A stretch of DNA of 64,000 nt from Nemertoderma westbladi (GCA_032718475.1 JAUCBJ010008487.1:1-64000), one strand, 5' to 3'. Positions 48,096 through 61,978 are shown, counted from the first letter of the stretch. The notes: a model not told the origin generated them from the sequence alone. Numbers and translations: made by a program.

Positions 48096-50289
48096 ACCCA
48101 ACGTTTTTATATAATACACCCTATATTCTATATCTTACACAACTACAGTGCCCTCTATAGCGAATTTCCGGGGTTTTTATGTGCTTTTCCACTACCTTCC
48201 TTTTTGTTTTTGTCTTGGTTTTTCTGTTTCTTGTGATTTCTTACTCTGTAAAAATTACAGCTATCATTATGTTGCATTCTACCTAACCATGCGCTTTAAG
48301 TAGATACCTCATAATCCTATGTAACCTACCTACCCTGCTAACCAGACACGCTACACGCTATTATACCAAACGTTTGTTAATATGCTTGAATCATGTTGAC
48401 ATGTTTTTTTTCTAAACTTGTTTTAATCAACATGTTATTTTAACATCTAAATAACATAATATCCAATCATGTTATAATCAAACATTTGTTGATCACGTTT
48501 TTATGATACCTAAATGTAACATGTTTTATCATGTAATTATTTAACATTTGTTTTACACGTTATTGTGTAACATAAATCATACATGTTTATTCCAGCTGTT
48601 TGTTAAATGCTACTTTGTCGTGTTGAACAAACGTCCTGCACATCATTGCCAATATGTCTTAAGGCTGTTTGAATAAACCGCCTAAAATTTACCGCCAAAT
48701 TCGTTTATAGGCCTATAAATCATGCAGCAGTGCATGCAGTACTGCAGTACATCAGTCAGTCAGTAGACACTCCACTGCCTGCCCCAGCCTACCAGCACCC
48801 ACTCAGCCACATTCTGAGAGCTTGACAGTAGTGCTGCAGGTAGGCAGTGTGTAGGCCAGCTGTTTACTGGTTTAAGTGCTGCAATAGGGTTGACCATACT
48901 CTGATACTGCCATATGTTTGTTTACTGCCGTATGCCTATCACCTATATTAACTGTTTAAGTTATTTTTAATTAAGCTTCATACTGCCTGACTGTCATATA
49001 AACTGATAAATCTTTTTATATTATACATTATATGTTATATAGGCCTACATAACATATATAATACATGTTATATAGGCCTACATAACATATATAATACATA
49101 ATACTGTAATATATGTCATATACATTATATATTATTTATGTACATTATATAGGCCTAGCAGCCTAGCCTAATTGTATTGTAATACCAGAATACAGTAATA
49201 TGTCTGTATGTAATGCAGTCAGGCAGTGCAGTGCCAGTAATTCGATGACGACGACAGTTTAGATTGGGCTCTGTCTTCCTGGCGCTGGTTGGTCGAAACA
49301 ACAGGCAAGCGGCAAGGGCTGCACTGGCAGACTGGCTGACTGGAAAAATATTATGGCCTCCTCGAAATGCCGGCCTACTACCGGTACAGCGGTACGTTGG
49401 AAAGAATTTTCGAATCCAGATCTTCTGTCAACTGTCAAGTTGGCCCACATTTAATGCGAAGGTTCTTCACTTAACAGGTTTGTATTGAACTTGAATAGGC
49501 TTCTTACACATCGTTATTTCAGTGATTCAAGTGATTAAAATCCTAATCCTGTAATCTATTTGGATCAAATAGAGGGAAAAAGCGCCGGCGGTCGGAAGTA
49601 AATTACACATGCCAGCATGCGGTCCCAGGCAGCCAGCTAAAGATACGCATCAGATTCTGGCGATGAGGTTATTATTTTACTTACTACTACTGTACTAGGC
49701 CTTGCTGTTAGGTTAGGCCAACTTGGTACTTTGGGCCGTTTATAAATCGTCAGATCGTGCATATGCTTAAACTGTAATTTAAAATAAAACATGCCTTACT
49801 CTGGCTATCTATGGTAGGTTAGTAAATGTTTGCTTTATTTTTTACTCATTTCCTCTTTATAAACCAGTCCCCAGTGCAGTGGTAATGTGAAACAGTCTGT
49901 GATGGGTTGTGGTGACTTGTGCACGTTGATCTAATTGCTCCAATGCTATATGTATATATATTATTATCATTTTAGGTGGAATATATGAGCGACAATGAAT
50001 CCAATCATGTTTCCAATACGATACTCACACTGATTACCCAGACAACTAACAATACGTTGATCATTGATACTCAGAGGTGAGTTGTGATACCGCCTCTCCC
50101 TCTATCTACAACCTAACCCTATTCTAAGACAACACTAAACTCTAGACTTACCTAACCAAACCCTTTCACCAAGCTACCACTATAAATCCCATGGCGATAT
50201 TTTCTCGAAATATTTTCCAGTCTCGATGTTTTATATATCGAGACGCTTTTTTATACTTTTGGAAGCAGAGACAGAAGTTGGGCGAGACA

Positions 50290-51390
50290 GAAGTCACAGC
50301 CACTCAAAGCTATGTTACAGCCACTCAATGCTATGTCACAGCCACTCAATGCAATGTCACAACCACTCAATGCTATGTCACAGCCGCTCAATGCTATGTC
50401 ACAGCTGCTCAATGCTATGCCATACCCACTCAACGCTATGCCACAGCCACCCAACGCTATGTCACAGCCACAGCCACTCAACGCTATCTCACAGGCGCTC
50501 AATGCCATGTCACAGCCACTCAACGCTATGTCACAACCACGCAATGCTATGCCACAGCCACCCAACGCTATGTCACAGCCACTCAACGCTATGTCACAGC
50601 CACTCAAAGCTATGTCACAGACACTCAACGCTATGTCTCAGCCACTCAACATATTGTCACAGCCACCCAACGCTATGTCACATCACAACCACCCAACGCT
50701 ATGTCACAGCCGCTCAATGCTATGTTACATCCGCTCAATGCTTTGTCACAGCCACTCAAAGCATGTCACAGCCACTCAACGCTATGTCACAGTTACTCAA
50801 CGCTATGTCACAGTTACTCAACGCTATGTCACAGCCACTCAACGCTATGTCACAACCACGCAATGCTATGCCACAGCCACCCAACGCTATGTCATAGCCA
50901 CTCAATGCTATGCCACAGCCACCCAACGCTATGTCACAGCCGCCCAATGCTATGTCACAGCCCTCAACGCTATGCCACAGCCACCCAACGCTATGTCACA
51001 TCACAACCACCCAACGCTATGTCACAGCCGCTCAATGCTATGTCACAGCCGCTCAATGCTGTCACAGCCGCTCAATGCTATGTCACAGCCGCTCAATGCT
51101 TTGTCACAGCCACTCAAAGCTATGTCACAGCCACTCAACGCAATGTCACAGTTACTCAACGCTATGTCACAGCCACTCAACGCTATGTCACAGCCAATCA
51201 ACGCTAGCCACCCAACGCTATGTCACAGCTAATCAACGCTATGCCACAGCCACTCAATGCTATGCCACAGCCACCCAACGCTATGTCACAGTCACCCAAC
51301 GCTGGCCACCCAACGCTGTGTCACAGTCACCCAACGCTGGCCACCCATCGCTGGCCACCCAACGCTATGTCACAGCGACAGCCACTCAAC
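50290..51390. repeat. 21-bp minisatellite (TATGTCACAGCCACTCAACGC)
   Basis: About 50 degenerate copies. Confidence 0.95.
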
Positions 51391-51557
51391 AATTCCCCAT
51401 TTATTTTTATTTAGGTTTACATCTAGTAGATAATTTATTGTAGATGATGAAGTCTTAGTCTAATATAATCGTAGTCCGAGCCTTATATTTTTTTAACACA
51501 TAAATAAATTAATTTTCCAGATCCAAGATACGGGAAAGTTATTCCACTTTGCTAGCG

Positions 51558-52048
51558 ACGGATATCCTTGGTGGAACGGACTCCGGATTCAGTGATATCG
51601 ACGGATCCTTGGTGGAACGGACTCCGGATTCAGTGATATCGACGGATCCTTGGCGGAACGGACTCCGGATTCAGTGATATCGACGGATCCTTGGTGGAAC
51701 GGACTCCGGATTCAGTGATATCGACAGATCCTTGGCGGAACGGACTCCGGATTCAGTGATATCGACGGATCCTTGGCGGAACGGACTCCGGATTCAGTGA
51801 TATCGACGGATCCTTGGCGGAACGGACCTCCGGATTCAGTGATATCGACGGATCCTTGACGGAACGGACTCCGGATTCAGTGATATCGACGGATCCTTGG
51901 CGGAACGGACTCCGGATTCAGTGATATCGACGGATCCTTGGCGGAACGGACTCCGGATTCAGTGATATCGACGGATCCTTGGTGGAACGGACTCCGGATT
52001 CAGTGATATCAACAGATCCTTGGCGGAACGGACTCCGGATTCAGTGAT
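51558..52048. repeat. 41-bp minisatellite (about 12 copies)
   Basis: CGGATCCTTGGYGGAACGGACTCCGGATTCAGTGATATCGA head-to-tail with no spacers. Confidence 0.95.
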
Positions 52049-53578
52049 TTCGATGCGGCTGAAACTGAATGATCAATGTAACTGAAAACTCCCCGTGACG
52101 TCCCAACATTGTTGTTTTAATTGTAATTTGTTTTATCGTAAATGTTAATTGTTGTCTATTTTACAATGTATTGCCCCGGGGTGGGTGGGTGGGGGGGGGG
52201 GGGGGGAACTGGACGCAATAAAAATTCATCCCTCTCCAGGGGAAATTCGACGCAAATAACAGATGATTTCTCTCAAAAATAAAACTGTAACCTAATCTAT
52301 TGTGCTTAGTTTATTGTTTTGGTTAAAATAATGTGCCACTGTAACCTGCTCCTTTCCCTAAATTGAGAATTTAACATTGAGGCGGGATATTAATTCGCCA
52401 AGATGAGATTTGCGTCCAGTTACCCCCCTTGTCTCCAATTTTGGAACATTGAAGTGAACAGGGAAATTTTTGCAACTATTTATTATATTTCAATATTGGA
52501 TAATAATTTCCTTTGTGCTCTGATGGATAGCCCATAAAATTTTAGGAAAAGTCACAGAATCTCGGTTTTCACAACATATCTGTTTCAAAGATACAGATTA
52601 ATTTCAAAAAAATTTAAATGACCCTCACCCACCCACCCCCCCCCCCCCCAGGCCAAATAGCGTTAAAGAAGGCTGCGGTTGGTCTATATTATTACAGTTC
52701 AAATGGAATTTTGTTTCATTTTTGTATATACAGTACAATTTTACTTAAAGTTTGTGCAATGCAGTTCATTTGTTTAATAGGTGTTGTTGTTATTGTGAAC
52801 AATAACACTAGTTTTTAGGTGGTTAAGTTGTGCTGTACTGGCTACTACTACCTTGTGCTTAATAATATTCATGTTTTACACATAAATTATCTTCTTAATT
52901 CGAACAATTGCATACCATGGGAACAATCCGGTGGTCGAATCAATGGATGACCAAATTAGTGTAGAGAATAACGATTTACAACGTTTAAAACAAACGTTTT
53001 CTTTGCATTAAAAAAACGTATATTTCCAAGCAATTTCGAAAGAACCGACGCATGATTCACGTTAGTTACACATGCTAGACACACGTTTAATTCAAACGTC
53101 ATAAAGAACCGGCGATTGGGTAACGTTTGTTTCATGCTATTTACACGTTTACTTCTAAACGTTTATTACATGCCACCCGCTTGGACAAAATAACATGAAA
53201 ATTACCTATTTCTGGACGTGTCGCAAACGTTTTTTCAAACGTTTGCCATGTTCAATAAAAATGTGATATAAACGTTAAAATAACATGCAATTGTTATCAG
53301 GGTAATCCAATTATACCATTCAGTATGTAGACACATGACCACTCCTGGGATTTCCCTATCAACTTCTCCCAACCTTATAACCCAACCTGCAACCCTATAT
53401 TTGTACTTTAGATTGACAGCTTACAACTAACTCGGTGTATTTTCCCTATCACAATTACCTTACGTTATACAGTACATACATACACGTTAACCTTTCTGGG
53501 ATTCACCTATCAGGTATTCCCCTTTAAAACTTATATATATATATATAGACCCCACCTTTTCCTGTTAGTTGCCAGTAC

Positions 53579-53618
53579 ATAGTCTGATGCAGACCGGTAG
53601 GTCGAATACTTTTACTAT
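53579..53618 (+). ncRNA. Degenerate minimal type I hammerhead ribozyme of the Penelope pseudo-LTR
   Basis: Stem I ATAGT/ACTAT, core CTGATG(C)A, stem II GACC-GGTA-GGTC, GAA(T)AC; the core deviates from CUGANGA/GAAA. Confidence 0.65.
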
Positions 53619-53691
53619 ATTGTATCTCTACCTAATATAATATATCCAGCTAAAGACCCTCAATACTTTATTTTTTATATTATCTTTACAA

Positions 53692-54276
53692 ATCTGAAAT
53701 TGTCGAGGAAAGGGGAACCTCTGGATTGGGATAGGACTGGCTCATCGGTGGAGTCGTTTGTGATGATAGGGATAGGCGAACCGTTTTAGATGACGACATC
53801 GGCACAGACGGTGTGTGGCTCTCTACATTAACAGTGGTAGGCCTCCCGGTAGTGGTCGCATGTTTGCGTTTGCATTCGAGACGTTTCTTCCTATTGTCAA
53901 GCAAAAGCTTCCCTTCAGATGAATTGTAAAGAATAGCCGTGTATGATTTAGACGTGTGGAGTTTACTTCCTTTATGTCGACTATTACAATCCCTTAGCCT
54001 ACTTGAAATATAGTGAGTTTTGTCTTCATTACAACATTCTGTACATATGACTTGTTGATCTTCCTTGTTAGGCCTATCAGTAGTAGATTTAGGTACTGTC
54101 CCAGGATCTGGAGTACGTTTTGTTACCGGTACACCTGCCCACTTCTCAAAATTAAAACACTGTCTCTTCACAGGTGGATCTGGCTGTGGACTAAGGCTAA
54201 CATCAGTATCAGTTCCCGTATAATTATTATCACCATCACTGAGGCTTATAGAGCTCACTAAATCATCATCACCCAT
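53692..54276 (-). pseudogene. N-terminal part of the hAT-like gene (C2H2/BED-like finger)
   Basis: VICTEC..RHKGSKLH; joins in frame to 46399 (..TISD|QYDNDI..) when the Penelope insert and one TSD copy are removed. Confidence 0.55.
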
Positions 54277-54436
54277 GTTGTTGTTGTACGGATGATGCAG
54301 CAGCAGCACAACTATTATATATATAATAATTAGTATCATATTATATATCATATCAAATGTTTAAAGTACGCAATCATATAAATAGTATCAAATGTTTGTA
54401 TTACCTACACAATTCAGCAATTACATCGAGGCTGTT

Positions 54437-54939
54437 GGATACATGACCGAACGTAATCAGGATCGCATGTAACATAGTTTTTACGAATCGAATGTAACCT
54501 CAATTATGTTACATTGGATCCTATCACTATGTTACATTCGATCTACAAATTACTAAGCCCGAATATAGGCCTAACATTGCCATTTACAGATTTAAAGGAG
54601 CAGGTTACAGTTTACAGAGGCGTGTTGGGGAAACCAAAACAATAAACGAAAGTTAACACATGTTACAAGATTATGCATGTTACTTAATTGGGTCTTTGTT
54701 TTGTACTCACCAACACCAAACTGTTTCTTCCTGTAAATAAATGAAGCATTTCATCTTTTAACTCCTGAAATCAAAACACAACTGAAATAAATGTATGTTA
54801 CATTCGAGCTTGAGCTTAGTAATTTGAATTTGTAGATCGAATGTAACATAGTTATAGGATCCAATGTAACATAATTGAGGTTCGTTCGATCTGTAAAAAC
54901 TATGTTACATTCGATCCTGATTACGTTCGGTCTGTCACC
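54437..54939. mobile_element. Mutator-like MITE with about 120-bp TIRs
   Basis: GACCGAACGTAATCAGGATCG... / ...CGATCCTGATTACGTTCGGTC; GG termini; degenerate 10-bp TSD cgaggctgtt / tgaggctgct. Confidence 0.8.
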
Positions 54940-57064
54940 TGAGGCTGCTATATACAGATATAGGCAGGCCTATTATCTGACTATATTATTTATAGGGCCT
55001 ATACCATATACAGAATTCAGATAGGCCTATACCAGTACCGATATAACATATAATATAGGAATAATAAGGAGTACAGTAATACATTAAATACAATGATACA
55101 GTAGGCCGCCAGCCGCCAGGCTTCCTAATAGTGTAATAGGCCTATGCTATGCTTAATCAGGTTTAACAGTAGACTAGGCTAGGTGCTAGGCTACCATACT
55201 TGCAAGTTGCAAACTTGCAGACTTGACAGATAACATGTGACATGAATTGAATAGGCCTAGTCCTACAAGAATAGGGGTCTATAAATTACCGCAACTGCAC
55301 CGGTCACTCAGTCAGCCGGTAGTCTGGTAGTGCAAGTACAGAAATACACTTAATCAGAATAAAATAATACAATATAAAAACAACAATTAATATATAAGTT
55401 ATATATATGAACTTTAGACAGTTAGATTTATTTATAGATATATTTATTATTAGATTTAAAGATATTTACACGTCTTTACCTAAGATTTCTGATTTATAGG
55501 CTAATTAAAATATAACGCAAATAGTCTTCCGACCATGCTTGTTGTTAGCAACATCGGCTCTTAAAGTAAGTACCGGTATGGTGGTAAGTATTTAAGAGAT
55601 GCTGTACTGGCTGACTGGTACTAAGTACTATCTAACTACTCTACCCTACACAGCCTACATGTTCTAAGGCTTAGACAACATCTACCGGTACCGGTACGCA
55701 TGGTAAAACAGTATGGTGAAGTCAAAATGTAATCTAGGACAATTCGTAAAGGGGTAAGGGCGAAAATTAAAATCGATAGGGGGTTCTAAATTTATAAAAT
55801 CGCCGCATCTCGCCGCAAATTATCTGATACATTGCTGCAAGTGGCGCAAGTCAATATTAAACATTTATTTTTATATTTACAGGGAAGCCTATACTAAGCC
55901 TAGTTATGGCATTGGACATTATTATAAGAAGAAATAAAAAAATATGGTAAGGTTTTTAGTTATATTATTTTACTGTATTATTATAGTTATACTGTAGATA
56001 CATTAAGAGTATTTGAGTAACAATGTAAACCAATCTTGATGTATGTGATGGGATCAGAGATCCCGACCGGGTAGGTTGTTCGTACGCGTCACCGCAGGCT
56101 GGGATGGTGTCACTGATAGCTTGGCCGAGGCATTGGAGAAAAGCGTTCAGAGTTAATGTTGTTCCTTGGTGTTGTAATATAATAATAATAGCACAGTTAA
56201 TACAATGGCGGATGGCAATATTGCTTGATACCGGTAATAGATTGATATACAGCCGATGTTGATGATGGTAAAACAATATTACCAGTCTGCACTGAAACTG
56301 GGTAACTAACTAAACTGAATCACAAACCGGTAGCAGAAGATAATATATGATTGATATACCAATATTACTTCACTCCTACGCTACCTTGGCCTGTTACCTA
56401 ATGGATGTTCTCCTTTGCCCTTATTGGCTAATACCCTACTTGTCGCCCTTTCACTCTCTGGGAGTGTTTCCCCTCTGCTGCTAGCCTCTACTAGCTGTGT
56501 CCCCTCCGAGGTGGTTTGACCTCTAACCTTCCTTTGTGTGTGGCTTCAGGGCTAGTGTTCACACATAACATTCCGTTGATACTGTTATTTCTGTATCACC
56601 TCTGTAACTGATATACTTCAGTATAATTTATATTTCTGGTTAGAAAACACACCACACTGTGGACACTAGTAGAGCCAGATTCTGGTGGTGGAGCCAATGG
56701 TGGCGGTGTCACCACGTTTGTTGATGGCAGCTGAACCGGTTCAGATTGAGGCTGTCGGGTGGAGTAATATATTTGTGAGGGGTATAGATTACTAATTTCG
56801 GTACGTTCATTTGGTAGGTGTACAGCCATTTGACCAGGTGTCGGCGAAATACGAATTTGAGAGTGGCGTTGCGGGAAGGATGGCAAAGCAAGACTATATA
56901 AATGTTATAATACAGTTGATATTTTGTAGTATTTAGTGATAGGGTTTGGTTTGGTTAGATTAGTTTGTGTAGGGTTACGCTAGGATAATGTTAGGTTTGT
57001 CTCAGGCTTGGTTAGCAAGCAAACAGTCGGCTGAAGCCGGAGGCGACCAGAAGGCTCCTCTTTC

Positions 57065-57092
57065 GATCGCGCTCAACCAACTGAGCTACCCC
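57065..57092 (-). other. tRNA 5'-half-like (A box) fragment
   Basis: Minus strand reads GGGGTAGCTCAGTTGGTTGAGCGCG; no B box follows. Confidence 0.5.
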
Positions 57093-57219
57093 AGTACCCA
57101 CCATTAGGTTAGGTTAGGTTATGTTAAAAAACCAAAAATATAAAAACGTCAAAAAATAACAATTATCGGTATATAATATATATATACCATTTTCATAATG
57201 ATAATAATAATAATTAGTG

Positions 57220-59830
57220 ATAACTCACTTCTTCTTAACCTTCTTGCCAACACGAATGGCTAGAGACTATGACTGGTCTTCTGAGTCACTGTCAATCACC
57301 TGCAATGCAACTCGCTTGCGGCCATCAAACCTAGTCGGCTGCAGTTCTTGGTCAGACCCAACACAATCGGAGTCTGCCACAGACATTCTCTCGATTTCCC
57401 GAGCTCTTAGCAATGAATCTATATGTTAGCGCATTTGATAAAATATGTTCTTTCACTCTAAATTTTCCTGATTTCCAGTTTTCCTTGATTTATTCTGACA
57501 AACTTAGAGAACAATATATCAATTTGTAAATTTGTATCAAATTCGAACATTTAGATCACTTAGTTTCTGATGTTCCTACGAGAGAAACATCCCCGTGAAC
57601 AGTTATGAGGTAAACTCATGGGGTAGAATACGTTTACCCTCTACATCAGTTATTTCCGGTCAATTATCATCGGTTGATAGCGCCCACACGGCTGGCAAGG
57701 ATTGCCTATAGCAGGAACATAAGCTTGGATCGCCCTGCAGGCCACGACAAATGGTGCTGCTACAAACCTTCTTCATTGTCGTCTAAAAATTTAAAATATA
57801 TAAGATTAGTTAGTTGTGTTGTTTATGACGTTCAGGTGGGATTGGACTTGTTGATTGCAATTTACGTCTTTTTGGTCTCACAATCTGCTAATAATGTTAA
57901 TTAAACCACATATATCTATATCTATATATTCCATATATCTATAATCTATATTATTATTTTTTTAATATTTATAAGTCTCCGACCACGTCCCGCCACGCCC
58001 AAGTACCACCATTACTACTACTACTAGGTCGAGCGAACTCGGACAGTGGAAATTAGATCCTTCCAGGCTTCCCGATTCTCCATAGTTGTCGCAATTTCGT
58101 TTCTCCTAATTTGTTAGCACTTATTGTGCTGTCAATAATTGTCTGTGTGCCTGTCGAATTAATAGTTAGATAAAAAATAAATATATAACATCAACATACC
58201 CCTGTGATTTCCAATCTCTGCAAGTACATGGAGAACCCCTGAAGTTCTGGTGACTTCATTAAATCATTGATGTTATTGGGTATCCCAACAAAACCGGTGG
58301 TCTTGCCAGATGCAGTGGCTGGTGTTTGGTTACTATTGTTGGCAGATTGATTATTGCATTAATAGAACCAACCCGACCTGATCTCATTGTCCCTAAAAAA
58401 CAATAATAAATATAATATATTAGAAAATCTATGGAAATTTTAATACTTTAATTATATATCTCCTGATTACAATTGTCAATATTTATTTATATTAATAGGC
58501 AATCTATGTGTCAGAATAATTTATTGTAGGTGTGTCACAGCAATATGATGAAATTATAAATCGCCTCTAATAAATGTCATATAAATAAATTAATTTGATA
58601 ATATAATAATATAAATGTGTACATGCATGTTGTTTTTTCCTTATTATAGTCCTAAAACCCGAAAATAACAAAAATATAATTTAATAGGTAATATAATACT
58701 GTTATTAATGACATATAAGTAGCATTTATATTGCATTTATTGTGAATACTGTATATAAGGCCTGCATAATTTTTGCATATATAAAGTAGTTCATATAAGT
58801 TGTGTACTACAAGGTATAATTATAGAGCATAAGTACTGTATATTATCATTAAAACATTGCAATCCAAAAAGTTTTTGACCTATCTATCAATAATACAAAA
58901 TAATAAAATAGATGGCTACTCCAGTTTAAATTACAATAAAATTTCGGCATTAAAAAGGTAAACAGAGTTAAGTTACATAAATTTACTGTTTGGGATTAGT
59001 GCCAAGGGACAATGACAAATCGCGGTTGAACCGAAATAACTTCGGTCTGGACATTGTCCCTTGGGAGGTATCTCAACCGAAGAGACTCCTCGTTCAACTG
59101 AGTTGCCGTTATACTGGAGACATGCCAACTTAAGAGCAGGCAAGTTCTTGCTCGAATGGTAAAATGTCCCGAGACAGGGTTCTTATGACGGCAGCCATAA
59201 ACCAACCCTCAACATTGTCCTTCTCAACACTACAACAACCAGATCCAATGGATCTCGTCCGACGGTTGCAGAGACTGCCGCCACAGCACAAGTGGGACTA
59301 AGCACTTGTGGCAATAGTACGAGGAGTTTCTCTCTGACCAGATGGTATTGGTAGTAGGCCGTCTCTTCTTTCAATGATATGTCCAGTGGGAGGGAGTGGA
59401 GAGACTGGTGGGTTGAAGGTCACTGGCAGGAGAGGGCTACGTTTAACCACAATGGGATTGGAGAGAGAGGAGTGGTGGAGGTAATAATCCCCGAGGAACA
59501 GGGGTTCCACCACTTGTACCACTGAGCCGAGGGTGATCTCTGTGTGTTTGAATAGAGATCTTGAGGATGACGGATCACGAGTAAAAGTAATATATGACTG
59601 TTCACTATCTAAATCACTGAGCACAACTTCGCGATCGTACACATGCTCCCGACGACTCGTCTTCGAAGAAGGGCCCAAAAACTCACCACCACTATCCCTG
59701 GTACCGCGACTGACTCGGACGAAGCTCATGGCTTTATCTACCTTGGCAACCATGAGAATGATACCAATGATAACCATGTTGGTCGGGTCGAAATTCCGAT
59801 ACGATCCAGATAGTACTACCTACTCCTGGT
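57220..59830 (-). pseudogene. Decayed multi-exon gene(s) of unknown function, probably transposon cargo
   Basis: GC-richer coding-like blocks separated by AT-rich introns with ttttag acceptors (about 58393 and 57783) and a gtatgt donor (about 58199); many stops and frameshifts. Confidence 0.4.
58012..58110 (-). mobile_element. Extreme 3' fragment of an RTE-like LINE
   Basis: EIATTMENREAWKDLISTVRVRST* followed by a (TAG)n tail like the element at 17210. Confidence 0.65.
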
Positions 59831-60766
59831 GAGTGATGTGGCATCCTTTCAATGGCCCTGCAGGAGCTGGTGCTGGGTCCCGTCCTGGTGCTGGGTCCCG
59901 TCCTGGTGCTGGGTCCCATAAACATTTAGTAACATTTCGCTATTATCGTTAATCTGGAGTGTTTTTTTTTTTTACATGACGGAATAATGGAATATATTTA
60001 ATTTAATATAATAATAATATAACTTAATATATTTTCCAAATTCCATGACGTCACCAGCTTAATTGTGCAAAGATAGGACATAACACAAATTAATAATATT
60101 GGCTGATGTCTACAGACAAATTATTGTAAGGAAGTTAGTTTACCAGCCCCAAGCATAAAAAATAAACTCGTTTCAAATTTATGGTAGGACTACTGAGTTT
60201 ATGGCTTACTGAGCCTACTGGCTCAGATTGAGTGGAAATAAAACCCTAAACAACATCGGAATATACAGTATATACCTACCTACATGTACAAGACAACGAA
60301 ATTCTGAGATTCCTAGACGGGACATAAAGGGAAGTATATAAAACTGCAGAATTCAATGACCGACACAAACAATTTAATTTGATTCTAAATTATACCGAAT
60401 TAAAAACACAAGAAACCTTTAAGTACAGAATAACCAAAAACAAGATATTACCAGTAGGCCTATTTATTATATTAACAAAAATATACCAATTTAAGAATAA
60501 AATTACGTATGTAATTACGCAAACCAGTAAACATAGCACATCAATAATTACATTAACCTGTACGATCTAAATAGGCTTATTCTCATTTATTAATCTTTAC
60601 AATATGATACAGACATACATATTTGTATGCCAGGGAAATGAGGTTACCTCAATTATATTTCAGAGAATGTAAGCAGAAATTAAAGCCATGGGGATATCGA
60701 TTAACAATAATGCCTTAACAATCCATAAGATTTTACAATTGGATCAAAACTTGAACAAAAAATCCC

Positions 60767-61978
60767 ATGATTCAAGGTTCACCACTAGTTTATTTATCAA
60801 AAACCGAACCAACAAAGAAACTTTTAGAAAGAAACATCACAAGAAACACAACTATCACACCATCTCAAATTATTCAAACAGCAAATAAACTAAACAAGAG
60901 AACAAGCCCTGGCTATGACGAACTAGCCTCATCAACCATCCAACCAACAATATATCTTATCACTGAGCCCCTTGCTTATATAGTTAACATGTCTCTATGT
61001 AGTGGTTATTTCCCCAATAAAATGAAAATTGCACGTATTACCACCCCAATATTTAAAACTGATAAATCTGACACTTGTTGAGAATTACAGACCAATATCC
61101 GTATTAGCATATTTTTCCAAAATACTTGAGAAAATCATTCAAACAGAACTCACAGATTACTTAATAAGAGAAGCCATACTTTCTCCAGCACAATTTTGCT
61201 TTAGAAATAAGAGATCAACTCAACAAGACCATATTACAAATGCTCTAGATTCGGGGGAATATGCAATAGGTGTCTTAATTGAATTATCGAAAGCGTTTGA
61301 CACTGTGAACCACAGAATTTTACTCGAAAAATTACAATGTTACGGAATTGCTGAAACTGCGTTGGCCTGGATTACAAACTACTAATCTGACAGAATTCAA
61401 TATGTGACAGTAGGAAAAGGAAAATCACAACGAAAAACAATTACAATTGGGCTGACTGCCTCAAGGTACACTCCTTAGTCCACTACTGTTTATCATTTAT
61501 TGTAATGACTTAACTAACACGTGTGTGTAAACTAGCAAAATGTATTCTGTTTGCAGATGATACTAACTTATTAACAACAGGGAAGGACCTCGAGAAACTT
61601 ATCACTGAAACAAACGACGACCTCCTTAATTTAACTAAATGGTTTCAATTAAATAGACTATCATTAAACATTAAAAAAACTAGCATTTATTATATTAAAA
61701 TTATATTTCGCACCACGAACAAACCACTTAAACTAAACCAACCAATGGATATTGTGATCAACAACATTGTTATCCAGAGAAATGCAGTTATTAAGTTTCT
61801 CGGAGTTCTTATAGATGAACACCTTACATGGAAATACCATTACGAGTACCTACCCAATAAAATAAGTCGCAACATCGGCATTATCAATAGAATAATACAT
61901 TTCATTACACCACAAGTGGCAGCAACTCTTTATAACACAATGATCAGCCCCTACTTATATTATTGCACCGCAGTTTAG
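60767..61978 (+). pseudogene. CR1-group (Crack/Daphne/L2-like) LINE reverse transcriptase remnant
   Basis: SPGYD, YFPNKMKIA, NYRPISVL..FSKILEK, LSKAFDTVNH, LFADDTN and KFLGVLIDEHLTWK across frameshifts. Confidence 0.9.

Larger units (their letters stand above)
48333..53302. mobile_element. Non-autonomous CMC/EnSpm-like DNA transposon
   Basis: Termini CCCTGCTAAC / GTTATCAGGG with TA on both sides; several hundred bp of subterminal AACGTT/AACATGTT motifs at both ends; no transposase. Confidence 0.7.
46406..53691 (+). mobile_element. Penelope-like element (5'-inverted, truncated) with nested insertion
   Basis: Candidate TSD ATCTGA (46400-46405 / 53692-53697); PLE RT thumb and GIY-YIG remnants; hammerhead remnant and AT-rich 3' end. 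Confidence 0.75.

Noticed and set aside
50191-51443. ORFs such as (ATQRYVT)n and (MSQPLNA)n
   Set aside because: By-products of a 21-bp minisatellite with frequent frame-breaking indels.
51558-52048. 41-bp palindromic repeats resembling a CRISPR array
   Set aside because: Head-to-tail units with no unique spacers, no cas genes, and a eukaryotic context.
56940-57122. TTAGG-like repeats as telomeric sequence
   Set aside because: Only about 3 perfect units in a degenerate tract; such tracts are common inside invertebrate transposons.
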